The translations under genes were made by a program, and so were the position numbers. Source: Alphaproteobacteria bacterium (GTDB lineage Bacteria; Pseudomonadota; Alphaproteobacteria; MPNO01; UBA830). Taken from it: DNA of 64,000 nt. The first letter of the stretch is position 1. The number at the start of each line of letters is the position of its first letter. The notes below the pieces were generated by a model that was not told the origin of the DNA, did no database searches, and saw nothing but the letters and a program-made list of their open reading frames with translations. Shown piece by piece: positions 20,590-30,360 of the stretch. The stretch is taken from positions 1,376,001 through 1,440,000 of the forward strand of contig OZ219790.1 of the NCBI GenBank assembly GCA_964291215.2, in the 5' to 3' direction.

Positions 20590-23500
20590 TCACCCGCCGT
20601 CAAGAATGTCCTTCAGCGTCTCGCAGGATGAGGCCGGCTCCACGCTGCGCGCGAACTCCGGGGGGATGAAGAGGGGGTTGCCGGGAGACCAGAGTTCCAC
20701 GCTCCCGGCATTGTCCTCGAAATACTCCGTGCCCGTCGTCACCCGCAACTCTTCGGTCATGCCCGGCGCCAGCAACCCGTATTCGCGCCGCCCCATCGGC
20801 CGGACCTCAACGCCCGGCGCCATGAGGCCGGGCGCTGCGACGATCCGGTCCAGATCCTCCATCGTCACGATCGGGGGCAGACACGTCAACATGGCGATAT
20901 CGTCCTGCGTCGCGGCGTCGATATCGAACCCTGCGCCCCGGGCGTCGTCCGCCTCGCGTTCGATCGCGGCGACGAGGCCGGCGCGTCCGCGCTCGTCCCG
21001 GCCCGAGAGCACGCCTTGCGATATCGCGCCGGGCAGCCGCGCCAGAATCGGCTGCAGGCGCCCGACCACAGTCTCGAACAGGCCGATGCGCTCGCGGAGC
21101 GCGCGGTAGATGTCGGTCTCGACCGTCCCCTTGCAGTGCAGGTTGACGATCCGGACGATCGCGTGCGCCTGGCCCAGCCGGTCGATGCGCCCGATGCGTT
21201 GTTCGACCCGCATGGGGTTCCACGGCATGTCGTAATTGACCGCTGCGCCGCAGAACTGGAAGTTCAGGCCCTCGGCCGCGGCGTCGGTGCACAGCAGGAT
21301 ATCGGCTTGCCCTTCGCGGAACCGCCGTTTCGCATCGTCCCTGTTCATGCCGCGCCATGCGCCGTCGGCTCCGGGCGCCTCTCCGCCGCGCCCGGAGAAG
21401 CACAGCAGCGTCCACTCGCCGTTCTCGAGAAGGGCGTCGCGCAGGAAATCCATGGTGTCGGTATATTGGGTGAAGACCATCGCCTGGCGGTAGCCGTCCT
21501 GGCGCAATTCGCGCAGAACGCCCTTCAGGCTGTCGAGCTTGCTGTCCGGCGGAAGCTGCCCGACCGCGCCGAGCAGGCGGTCGATTTCCGCAGCCTGTTC
21601 GAGGACGAGGGCCCTGCGTTCGAGGCCCGCTGCATCGTCGGTGTCGGTGGCCTCGTCGGCTGCATCGTCGTCCGGCAAATCCTCATCAAGGCCGAAGAGG
21701 TTCTCGCGCACATCGCCGACGATGGCGTCGCGGCGCTTGCGCAGAGTCTCATGCAGCGCCGCGAAGCTGCTGGCGAGCCGGCGGCGGTAAATCGTCATGA
21801 CAAACCCGACCGCCGTGCGCTCCTTCTCGCTCGCCCGGCCGTATGCTATGGCAATGTAATCCTCGACAGCGTCGTAGAGCGCCCGTTCATCATCCGTCAT
21901 GTCGAGAAAGCGGTCCTCGACCCGGCGCTCCGCGATCGGCGTCTTCATCGTCCCTTCCCGGAAGTAGCGCCGCAGCAATTCGCGGGTGTTACGCGAGATC
22001 AGCCTGCGCACCGGGGCGCCGGCCCGCGCGATCGCGACCGCGCCCCGGCGTTCGTCGCTCTCAAGCCGGCGCCGCGGAATGCCCGCCTCGTCGCGCAGCG
22101 CGCGCAGCGCCTTGCTGGCCTTCAGCCGGGATAGGCCGGTCAGGCGTTCCGCCTCGGTTCTCCCGATCTTGCCATAGGCGCGCTCGGCCGCACGGAACAG
22201 AGACGCCATGCGCTCCAGTGCCTCCGCCGAAGGGTTCCGCTGTTCAATATCGTCAAAGAAGTCGAGAAACGCCCGTTCATGCCATTCCGGCGGCAAGCCG
22301 AGCAGGTCGAGCAGGTCGTGGACCTCGACGGGGTGCACTTGCATCGGCGTCGCCGTCAGCAGGACCAGCCCTTTCGTGCGGTCCTTCAGGCCGCGCATGA
22401 GCCGGAGCAAGGCGTTGGGGCCGCCTTCCTGCTGGCTGCCGGGGGCGCGGCGCCGGGCGTGATGCGCTTCGTCGAGCACCACAAGGTCCCACGGCTCCGC
22501 CCTTTCCAGCAGGTCCGCCTGCCGCTCGCTCCGGCGCATCAATTGGCTGGAGGCGATCACGACCGGCTCGCGATGCCATGTTTCGCGCCCGGCGGCGTGC
22601 TCATGGCGCCCTTGCAACGCCGGCGAGGGATGCCATGCCAGCTTGCCGCCATCGTAGATCGGCCAGTTCAGGTTGAACTTCTCTCGCAGCTCGACCTGCC
22701 ACTGGACGAGCACGGCCTTCGGCGCCAGGATCAGGATACGCTTGGCCCGTCCCGCCAGCCATGCTTGGCGCAGCAGCAGCCCGGCCTGGACGGTCTTTCC
22801 CAGCCCCACCTCGTCGGCGATCAGCAGCCGGGGCGGCCAGTTGCCGTACAAGCGCTCGAATGCCCGCGCCTGATGCGGCCAGGGATCGACCGGCGCGGTC
22901 GCCTCGCCAACCCGCACACCGCCGCCCGGCCGCGACGGCGCCTCCCGGATGAAGGCCCAGACCCGCGTGCGCAGCGTGCTGGCTGGCGGCAGGTCGGCGC
23001 CGTTATCGGGCCGCGGGTCTGGCCGGCGCACGAGCAGCCTTGGCACCTCGTCCACCCGTTCCAGCCGCGCCGGCCGGCCCGTCTTCGGCATGAAGCGCAT
23101 CAGGTCGCGGCGCGCCGCCTCCGGCACGTCCAGCACAATCGCGCGCTGCGCCCTGTCGGCCCAGAGGTTGGCGAAATTCGCCTCCTCCGCATCGACCCGC
23201 CCCGGCTCAGGTCCCCAGCTGGTATAGACGCTGATGCTCTCCCAATTGGCCTGCCAGCCGGCACCAGTCTCGTTGATGCTGCCGGTCCAGGCCAGCCGAT
23301 CGCCGGCCAGGTCCTCGATGATCCCGGTCTTCTCGTGGAAAATACCGCTGTCGGCCACCGGCTCTCGTGCGGCATTGCAGGGCACGGCGACCCTGACTGT
23401 GAGAAACCCGCCCGCGACCATCCACGCCAGCAGTTCCAGCGCGCCTGCCGCCGCCGGGTCGGGCGGGGCCAGCGGCAGACATGCCAAGTGCCGCTCAACC

Positions 23501-23760
23501 AAAGCGCGGAGGTCGTCTCCCTGCCGGATCGCCCCGATCTCGTCCGACCCCAGCGTGCAGCCGACCACCAGCCGCATCCGGCCGTCATTGCGCACCAGCC
23601 CTTCGATGCCGCGCGCCGCCAGCGCCAGCGCCCCGGCGTTGAAATACCCGGTCAGCCGGTCGTAGCGCTCCGCGTCCTCAAGCGCGGGAACGTAGAACAG
23701 CCGGACAAGGCCGCCGTCCTCGGGCGTGTATTTCAGGCGCCATGCGCGATCCCGCAGCAT
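20590..23760 (-). CDS. PLD-family nuclease domain fused to SNF2/SWI2 helicase
   Basis: FHEKTG...TGSINET (HxK..GSxN), LLIADEVGLGKT, DEAHH, LLTATP, CTDAAAEGLNFQ, NYDMPWNPMRVEQRIGRIDRLGQ. Confidence 0.92.
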   Translation of the reverse strand: MLRDRAWRLKYTPEDGGLVRLFYVPALEDAERYDRLTGYFNAGALALAARGIEGLVRNDGRMRLVVGCTLGSDEIGAIRQGDDLRALVERHLACLPLAPPDPAAAGALELLAWMVAGGFLTVRVAVPCNAAREPVADSGIFHEKTGIIEDLAGDRLAWTGSINETGAGWQANWESISVYTSWGPEPGRVDAEEANFANLWADRAQRAIVLDVPEAARRDLMRFMPKTGRPARLERVDEVPRLLVRRPDPRPDNGADLPPASTLRTRVWAFIREAPSRPGGGVRVGEATAPVDPWPHQARAFERLYGNWPPRLLIADEVGLGKTVQAGLLLRQAWLAGRAKRILILAPKAVLVQWQVELREKFNLNWPIYDGGKLAWHPSPALQGRHEHAAGRETWHREPVVIASSQLMRRSERQADLLERAEPWDLVVLDEAHHARRRAPGSQQEGGPNALLRLMRGLKDRTKGLVLLTATPMQVHPVEVHDLLDLLGLPPEWHERAFLDFFDDIEQRNPSAEALERMASLFRAAERAYGKIGRTEAERLTGLSRLKASKALRALRDEAGIPRRRLESDERRGAVAIARAGAPVRRLISRNTRELLRRYFREGTMKTPIAERRVEDRFLDMTDDERALYDAVEDYIAIAYGRASEKERTAVGFVMTIYRRRLASSFAALHETLRKRRDAIVGDVRENLFGLDEDLPDDDAADEATDTDDAAGLERRALVLEQAAEIDRLLGAVGQLPPDSKLDSLKGVLRELRQDGYRQAMVFTQYTDTMDFLRDALLENGEWTLLCFSGRGGEAPGADGAWRGMNRDDAKRRFREGQADILLCTDAAAEGLNFQFCGAAVNYDMPWNPMRVEQRIGRIDRLGQAHAIVRIVNLHCKGTVETDIYRALRERIGLFETVVGRLQPILARLPGAISQGVLSGRDERGRAGLVAAIEREADDARGAGFDIDAATQDDIAMLTCLPPIVTMEDLDRIVAAPGLMAPGVEVRPMGRREYGLLAPGMTEELRVTTGTEYFEDNAGSVELWSPGNPLFIPPEFARSVEPASSCETLKDILDGG

Positions 23761-23763
23761 GGG

Positions 23764-26676
23764 TCAGTGTTCGTCGTCGCGCCAGAGCCTGAGCTGTTCC
23801 GGCTCATCGACATGCTCGCCGTAGGCCAGCCGGCTCAGCTTGTAGAGCGCCTCGAAGTCGTTGCCCGAAGCCGCCGCCTCGCCTTCGAGGGCGATGCCCG
23901 TGAACGCCCCGGACACCGGCAGCACCTCAAGCACAGCTTCAAGCGCCGCGAAGAAACGAGGGTTTCGGTCCATCCCCGCATCCGCGAGCAACTCCCGCGC
24001 GGCGTCCAGCGAGCGCAGGCGCGCCAGATTGGCGCCGTGGTGGATGACATCGATCATGCCGCGCGAACCGTCGGCGGGGCCGAGCGTTCCCTTGGCCGCC
24101 CGGCGCGCACTGTCCCACAGCAGGATGTCGCCGCCCTTCCTTTCGCCCAGCCGGCCCACGATGCCGCGGTCGAGGTCGGCACCCACGGCGCGGGCCAGCC
24201 GCAACGCCTCGTCATAGGAGAACGCCGGCGCCTTGAAGGCGTCCCACGCCAGCACGAAGAAGGCGGTCGGGGCGTCAAGGTCGGAATCGGCCTTCATGTG
24301 CGTCAGCATCTCCAGCCGCCAGCGCTTGACCTCGCGGCGCGCGGCGTCGAGCGCGTCCTCCGGCGTCGCCGCGTACGGGTCCCACTCGAACGGTAGTTGC
24401 TGCCGCCGCTCCTCCGGCATCTCGCGCGGCGAGCCGCGCCTGAGCGGCCAGTGGCGCGAGAATGCCTCGAGCGCCGGGCCGAAGCAGGCCAGATAGAGAT
24501 CCACCCCGGCGATCCCCGCCTCCTGGAACTCACCGATCCGCCGCCGGACGGCCTGCGCCACCTGCGGCTCCACATCCTCCCAGTAGAGGCCCTGCTCCGT
24601 GTCGGCGTCCTTCGCGCGCGGGCGGCAGGCCAGGAAAACCGTGCTGTTCGCCGCCGCCTTGTCCCGGATATGCAGGCTGCCCTCGGCTTCCGTGTTGACC
24701 GGCCAGGACGCGGTGATCGTGAACCCCGCTTCCATCAGGCCCGCGGCAAGCGCGTCCCACGCCCCTGTCGCCTTGTGCGTGAACATCAGCGTCATGACGC
24801 CGTCGGGCTTCAGCACCCGCCGGCATTCGGCGAAGATCGACGCCATGCGCTCCCGGTAGTCGCGGCCCGCCAACGCCTTCGCCCCCTTCTCGCCCCGAAA
24901 ACGCGCCGGGTTCGCCACCGCCTCGTTCTCCTTGTCGGTCAGGACGCGCCGAAACAGGTCCGGAAACACATGCCCGGCGGTGCGCTTCAGCCAGACATAG
25001 AAGAAGTCCGAGAGTTCCGCATACATGACGTTGTCGTAATAGGGCGGGTCCATGACCACCGCGTCGATGCTGCCGTCCGCGACATGGTCGAGGCTGTCGC
25101 CCGACTTGCAGGTGACGGTGACCGGCGGAGGTGTATGTTCGACGGCGAACAGACTGCCATCGCCGCCGGCTTGCGGACGGACAAGCGACACGAGTTCCTT
25201 GATGCACTTGGCGGTCTGGCCGATGGCCCAGTCGTAACCCACACCAGCGACGAGAGGGGCCATTTCGGCGTAGGACCACTTGAACGAGAAGTCGTGACGG
25301 TCGAATGCTCCCAACAACACCTCTCGGTTGGCGTGCCAGCGGGTCATCCGCGCGTTGTAGTTCAGGAGCTTGTCGAGCGAGAGCGCCAGGTACCCGTATG
25401 CCGCTTGGCGGATGTCGGTCAGCCGGCCGGCCTCGCGGTCAGCCTCCAGCATCTCCCGGAAGACCTCGACGCTCGTGCCGTGGCACAGAAGCTGCCGGGG
25501 CGAAAACAGGTCGCGCCAGTACGGCATCCCGTATCGTTGTGGCTCGGTGGTCTTGTTGCCATCCGGAATCCGCTCGCCGGGGATGATGTCAAACGCCTCC
25601 CATTCGGGGAGTTTCTCGTCGAGGAGCGCCGCAATCTCGGCACCATTGTCGTCCTCCGGCTGCGGTGCCCGGTAGCCGCGCACCCACCGGTCCTGGCCCC
25701 GCCTGCCGGACTTCAGTATCTTGCCCGGTACGCGCTGCTTGTAGACCACCGCGTAGAGCTGCTCGCCCATGGCCCCGGCCCGCGCCTGGCGCTTGATCTC
25801 GTCGCCGTCGATGACGCGCCCGCAGTCCGCATACGGGCAGGCCCCCGCCCCGCGCGATACCGTGCCCGACGACTGGTCCCGCGCATCGCCCACGATCTCG
25901 AACGAGCACACCCGGCCAGCCGGCCCCGCGCCCGTCTCCGGCTTCAGCCGAACCCCGGTGCCGTCCGGCGCCAGCCGCCAATTCGGCGACAAAGGCACCA
26001 AACCCGCGCAATACGGGCACGAAATCGTCCGCGCCCAAAGGTAGCCTTCTACCCGAGCGCCTTCTGACTCAGCGGGAAATATCCCTTGGTATTTCGGCTC
26101 CGCCCGGCGTAGAAAGTCGGCCGTCAATTCATGGAACTCGGAAAACAATCGAGAACCATATTGAGCAGGCCACTCTGTCGTGGCCCTGAGGATCAGGGCA
26201 GCCACCGGGTTCAGGTCGTTGGCAAAGGAAGCCAATCCGAGACGGGCAGCTTCGATCGGAATGCTGCCCCCGCCGGCGGTCGGATCAAGAACCGTCGTGC
26301 CAGACAACGCGCTGCCTGCTACAGATCCGATCCACCGAATTTCGTCGGAACTCGGAGAATAGGTGAACGCCCGTCGGTACCCGTAGGGATCGGGCCCGAG
26401 ATTCCGTCCAGTTCTCTTGGCAGCGTCGATCCGGTGACGGGTGGCCACCGGGTCGCCATGAATGCCCAGAACATGAAGGAACCTGTCGCGGTCCGCATCC
26501 GCCGGCAGCAGCGACGCCAGAACGGCCGCACGCGATGCAACCAGAGGCCGACGCGCCCACCAGACGTGGAGGTAATACGTCGGAGGCAACGCCGTCATAG
26601 ACCGCCGCTCCCGCACACTTTCCTCCCCAAGCGCCGCAATCGGAAGCCAACGCTCGATCAGACGGGTGTCGGACAT
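23764..26676 (-). CDS. DUF1156-family amino (N6-adenine) DNA methyltransferase with Zn ribbon
   Basis: RLIERWLP...LHVWWARRPLVASRAAVLASLLP (DUF1156), VLDPTAGGGSIP (SAM motif I), NDLNPVA, CPYC/CPYADC, MDPPYYDNVMYAELSDFFYVW. Confidence 0.92.
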   Translation of the reverse strand: MSDTRLIERWLPIAALGEESVRERRSMTALPPTYYLHVWWARRPLVASRAAVLASLLPADADRDRFLHVLGIHGDPVATRHRIDAAKRTGRNLGPDPYGYRRAFTYSPSSDEIRWIGSVAGSALSGTTVLDPTAGGGSIPIEAARLGLASFANDLNPVAALILRATTEWPAQYGSRLFSEFHELTADFLRRAEPKYQGIFPAESEGARVEGYLWARTISCPYCAGLVPLSPNWRLAPDGTGVRLKPETGAGPAGRVCSFEIVGDARDQSSGTVSRGAGACPYADCGRVIDGDEIKRQARAGAMGEQLYAVVYKQRVPGKILKSGRRGQDRWVRGYRAPQPEDDNGAEIAALLDEKLPEWEAFDIIPGERIPDGNKTTEPQRYGMPYWRDLFSPRQLLCHGTSVEVFREMLEADREAGRLTDIRQAAYGYLALSLDKLLNYNARMTRWHANREVLLGAFDRHDFSFKWSYAEMAPLVAGVGYDWAIGQTAKCIKELVSLVRPQAGGDGSLFAVEHTPPPVTVTCKSGDSLDHVADGSIDAVVMDPPYYDNVMYAELSDFFYVWLKRTAGHVFPDLFRRVLTDKENEAVANPARFRGEKGAKALAGRDYRERMASIFAECRRVLKPDGVMTLMFTHKATGAWDALAAGLMEAGFTITASWPVNTEAEGSLHIRDKAAANSTVFLACRPRAKDADTEQGLYWEDVEPQVAQAVRRRIGEFQEAGIAGVDLYLACFGPALEAFSRHWPLRRGSPREMPEERRQQLPFEWDPYAATPEDALDAARREVKRWRLEMLTHMKADSDLDAPTAFFVLAWDAFKAPAFSYDEALRLARAVGADLDRGIVGRLGERKGGDILLWDSARRAAKGTLGPADGSRGMIDVIHHGANLARLRSLDAARELLADAGMDRNPRFFAALEAVLEVLPVSGAFTGIALEGEAAASGNDFEALYKLSRLAYGEHVDEPEQLRLWRDDEH

Positions 26677-26699
26677 CGGCGCGCTACGCTCTTGCCGGA

Positions 26700-27659
26700 T
26701 CATCGCTTCGTGATCTTGGGACCGGCGTAGACCACATAAACAGGCTTGTCTGCCTCGACGGGCCAGGAAAAATGCAGACGCAGCGTCTGGTGCTGCACCT
26801 TGCCGTGCCATGTGCAAAACAGCGTGTCTGCCCGGTTCTCCGGATGGGTAAACGTCAACTCTTGTCGAAATTTCAATTTTTCTGTGTCCGACGAGTCAGA
26901 AAACCACGCACGGTCGCCCGTGAAATAATCATTGTAGATTCGGTGGCCCTCTTCGTTGCGTTTGCCGTCATCATCAAAAGCGCTCGCGAAACGGTTCAAC
27001 ACCTCGATCAGCACCACAAGTCGATCAGCAGCGCTTCTGGCAAACGGAACCGCTTCGAGCGGCGCAAAGCACTCCTTCGCAAACACCAGGTTTGGGAAAC
27101 GGTTGCTTGATGCCTTACGCAAATCGTTCCACGAACGCAGCGGCGGCGCGCGATGCCGTAGCGATTCTTCCAGCGTTTCCGCACCCCACCAGTTCTCGAC
27201 CGCGGCGTTGCGGTCGTCCAGACCCTCGGCCTTGCGAACCCAGATTATATCTATGGGGGAAAGGCACCACTCGGACGGAGCCAGGCTGACCAGGCCGCAA
27301 TCTACGCCGTGCAGGGATCTGAAGGCCGCTTCGCCGATGGCCGTGTCTGTGACGACCTCGCCGTCATGTTCCAGCCAGTCATCATCGCGGTGCCTTCGCA
27401 CATCGTCCCAGAACGGGCCGGACCGGGTCAGCCAACTCATGACGGCGCGCTGGCGTTCGATGTCAAGGCTCCCGATTGCTCTCCGCAGCGGCAGCCCCGG
27501 TATCGGCTTGGTATTCAAGAATGCCCCATTGCTTTGGACTTCGATGCCGAAGCTCTTGGCCGTCTTGCGCAAGGCCATCAGCCGGGACAATGCATCCCGA
27601 AACCCCGCCAGATCGTGAAATTGCCCGTGGACGGACAGGTCGTTGACCAGCAGGTCCAT
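26700..27659 (-). CDS. Hypothetical protein; putative toxin/RNase effector (NsnC-like position)
   Basis: Intact 319 aa ORF starting 1 nt after the ATPase stop; C-terminus CTWHGKV...LRLHFSWP...VYVVYAGPK reminiscent of RelE-like RNase folds (inference). Confidence 0.7.
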   Translation of the reverse strand: MDLLVNDLSVHGQFHDLAGFRDALSRLMALRKTAKSFGIEVQSNGAFLNTKPIPGLPLRRAIGSLDIERQRAVMSWLTRSGPFWDDVRRHRDDDWLEHDGEVVTDTAIGEAAFRSLHGVDCGLVSLAPSEWCLSPIDIIWVRKAEGLDDRNAAVENWWGAETLEESLRHRAPPLRSWNDLRKASSNRFPNLVFAKECFAPLEAVPFARSAADRLVVLIEVLNRFASAFDDDGKRNEEGHRIYNDYFTGDRAWFSDSSDTEKLKFRQELTFTHPENRADTLFCTWHGKVQHQTLRLHFSWPVEADKPVYVVYAGPKITKR

Positions 27660-27660
27660 G

Positions 27661-28800
27661 TCAACTCCAGCCGGCGAAGTAGCTCATGTCACGATCAAAT
27701 TGATCGAAGAAACCATCTGGCCAGCCATCGATGTTACCACCGCGGTCGATTGCCGGACTCTCGACTTGCGGCTTGGCGTCACTTGTCTCCGCTCGAGGTC
27801 GGAAAAAGTGGAGCGCGATATCCTCGTGCGACAAAACACCGGATTTTACCGACCGGCGAATACCACTCAGGATATGATCGCTATGTGTTTCGACCATGAC
27901 CTGCACACCGGTGGACGAAACCTCCGCCAGAAACTCGCCCATTGCAGCTTGCCCCGCCGGGTGCAAATGCACTTCGGGATTCTCAATCAACAGCAAATTA
28001 CCTGCTTCCGATGACAGTGCCGCAACCACGATAGGAAGGACCTGTGTAAGCCCGAAGCCGGTATGCATCGGCCGATGGAAATCCGTTCCGGTAGAAGTCC
28101 GGAGACCCAAGGTTACGGCGTTGGCGCGAGTGACTTTCTCGACAACCAGCCCGCACCCCGGAAAAAATCGCGCCATTCTTTCTTCGACCTGGTGAAGCAA
28201 TGTAGGAGGTGCGCCAGAAAGCACGAGCCCTCCCGTCAGTTCAAGGTGCCCCTTCGAAAACAGCATGCTGACCGCATGCTCACCTTGAGGTCCCACTACC
28301 TGTGCTTCTTGAGGATCCTTCAGCATATACGTCTCTTGTGGCCCGAGCCTCTCGGCAGAAAGGTAGGTCAACCCCCGCAGCTGTTGCGCCAAGAAGCCTT
28401 GTCCGTGCGGATGAAACAACAGATTATTGAGCGGACCGGGCCTTGACTTTTCCTTTCCATCGACCGAAACATGCGCCACATGCATGGCCATGTTCTCGCG
28501 TTCACCGGAAAATACCCATTTGTAAGTTCTGCTCTCGTGAACCAACTCAAGGCTGAATTCCCGACGCCCGTACTCCTCGTCGATCACATCCGCCGCTGTG
28601 CCAAGGCATATCGTCTCCCCGTTGAGCATTAGCCGCGGAGACCATTGGTGCTCTCGCATGGTCTGATGCATCAATACCAGCGCCTGCATGACCGATGACT
28701 TTCCTGAGGCGTTGCCGCCGGACAGCAGCGTCAGGGGTTGGAGCTGCAGCTTCAGCACCTCGAAACACTTGAAGTGCCGAAGGTCAATTTGAGTAATCAC
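27661..28800 (-). CDS. ABC/AAA_21-type ATPase with DUF3696-like C-terminus
   Basis: LRHFKCF, GGNASGKSS (Walker A), YLSAERLGP, GFGLTQVLP, LLIENPEVHLHP (Walker B), VETHSDH, WPDGFFDQ. Confidence 0.9.
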   Translation of the reverse strand: MITQIDLRHFKCFEVLKLQLQPLTLLSGGNASGKSSVMQALVLMHQTMREHQWSPRLMLNGETICLGTAADVIDEEYGRREFSLELVHESRTYKWVFSGERENMAMHVAHVSVDGKEKSRPGPLNNLLFHPHGQGFLAQQLRGLTYLSAERLGPQETYMLKDPQEAQVVGPQGEHAVSMLFSKGHLELTGGLVLSGAPPTLLHQVEERMARFFPGCGLVVEKVTRANAVTLGLRTSTGTDFHRPMHTGFGLTQVLPIVVAALSSEAGNLLLIENPEVHLHPAGQAAMGEFLAEVSSTGVQVMVETHSDHILSGIRRSVKSGVLSHEDIALHFFRPRAETSDAKPQVESPAIDRGGNIDGWPDGFFDQFDRDMSYFAGWS

Positions 28801-29884
28801 CGAGCACCTCCCGAATCGCTTCCCGTGTCATGGCGAAGCGGGTCCTCACTTTTGTCGCATCATTCGGCCCATAGGTAATCGCAATATTGAAATTCTCATT
28901 GTCGAGTAGTTGATAAACCGCTCCGCGAACCAGATCAGCAGATGATTCGACAAGATTTTCATCGTAATGGGAAAACTCCGTGGACATGACATCCCAGAAA
29001 GAAGCATTCAATACTGAACGCCTTTCCTGACCTGGTTGGTGTTTTCGGAAGGCGAAATTGCCGAACAACTGCAAATTGTTGGAAAGGCCTCGGCGGAAAG
29101 CAACGGAAACGCGCGCTAATTGTATTCGATTCATCTTGTTCATCTTACGCAAGCAATCGGCCAGAAATTGGTCCATATCTCCACGGTAATCGTTCAGATC
29201 CAGGAGTCTGAATGCGCAAAATCGGTTGACAAATTCTCGATCTCTCATGGTCTTAAAATTCAAGCTATTACCAGTCGATTTTCGAAAAATATCCGTTTGC
29301 GCTTCTTTCTTGAGAAAGAGAGTCCCTGCGCCCATGAACAAGGAATTCCGCATCTGTTGGCGGGTTAGCGGGACGCCTCCATTGACCCTTTCGAAGATAT
29401 CCAGCCGGGCGCGCTCCGGCACTTTCGAGTCGATAACGTAGAAGATGAGATTGCAGTCCTCGACACGGTTCTGGATCTTGACGGGCAAGTCCGAAAATCT
29501 CCGGTTATTGAGCCCTATCCTGTCGGGGAGATTTAGCCTCAACTCATCCTTGACGAAACGGTGGAATGTAGAGAGACGCTGCAAGCCGTCCACTACCACC
29601 ATGCGTCCCCGATCATCCTCCGCGATGTAGAAGACGGGCAGGGGTATTCGCATGATGACCGATTCGACCAATTTGCTCTGCTTGTTTTCCGGCCAGATGA
29701 AGTCACGCTGGAAGTCCGGGTCCATGATGTAGTTGGACTGGTCGATCCGCCGGATGACGTCATGGACTGTCCGGTTCTCGTGCCTGATCAGGAGATCATC
29801 GAGCGGATAGTCGCCCCACGATGTGTCCTTTTGGTCCAGACCTTCCGGTTCCTCGTAGTCTGGTGTGGTTTCTTTTTCTTGCAT
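28784..29884 (-). CDS. DUF262 (ParB/Srx-like, GmrS-type) protein
   Basis: MDPDFQRDFIW...QSKLVESVIMRIPLPVFY...VVDGLQRLST...IFERVNGGVPLTRQQMRN. Confidence 0.92.
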   Translation of the reverse strand: MQEKETTPDYEEPEGLDQKDTSWGDYPLDDLLIRHENRTVHDVIRRIDQSNYIMDPDFQRDFIWPENKQSKLVESVIMRIPLPVFYIAEDDRGRMVVVDGLQRLSTFHRFVKDELRLNLPDRIGLNNRRFSDLPVKIQNRVEDCNLIFYVIDSKVPERARLDIFERVNGGVPLTRQQMRNSLFMGAGTLFLKKEAQTDIFRKSTGNSLNFKTMRDREFVNRFCAFRLLDLNDYRGDMDQFLADCLRKMNKMNRIQLARVSVAFRRGLSNNLQLFGNFAFRKHQPGQERRSVLNASFWDVMSTEFSHYDENLVESSADLVRGAVYQLLDNENFNIAITYGPNDATKVRTRFAMTREAIREVLGDYSN

Positions 29885-29892
29885 GACCCGTG

Positions 29893-30360
29893 CTACCTTT
29901 TCGGCTCGGTCAAGAGGCGCCGCAGCGCGGTCAGTACCCGGCGCGGGTTCTTGCGGTGCATGGCCATGCCCAGCCAGTAGGCCGCCTCTTCGCGCCCCAT
30001 CGCCTCTATGCCTTCCGCCACGGCGCGCATGTTGTCGCGGCTGCGCATCGGCGCCAGCGTCCGGAAGAGCAGGCCGAGCATGAGGGCGAGGTCCTCGCTC
30101 AGCGCATGGCTCCGTTCCGCCGCATCGACCTGCCGGCCCGGCTTCACGCCTGCCTGCGACAGCCTTTTCAGCACCCGGTGCTCCACCAGGTCGAGATTGC
30201 GGCCCCTGAGACCGGCGATGCGCAGCGCGCAGGCCACGTGCGGCGAGGCGGCGGCCGGCAACTGCCAGACCTCGTAGGCAGAGTCCGCCGGCCCGTGGCG
30301 GCGCACCCGCAACTCGTAACGCGGCGCGGACGCCTGCGCCGCCCGTTCCGCCCGCGCCAC
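29893..30360 (-). CDS. Small accessory protein of DUF499 systems (DUF3780/DUF7680-like position)
   Basis: 155 aa; GTG overlaps DUF499 stop (TAGTG); LSEDLALMLGLLFRTLAPM...IEAMGREEAAYWLGMA..RKNPRRVLTALRRLL. Confidence 0.75.
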   Translation of the reverse strand: MARAERAAQASAPRYELRVRRHGPADSAYEVWQLPAAASPHVACALRIAGLRGRNLDLVEHRVLKRLSQAGVKPGRQVDAAERSHALSEDLALMLGLLFRTLAPMRSRDNMRAVAEGIEAMGREEAAYWLGMAMHRKNPRRVLTALRRLLTEPKR

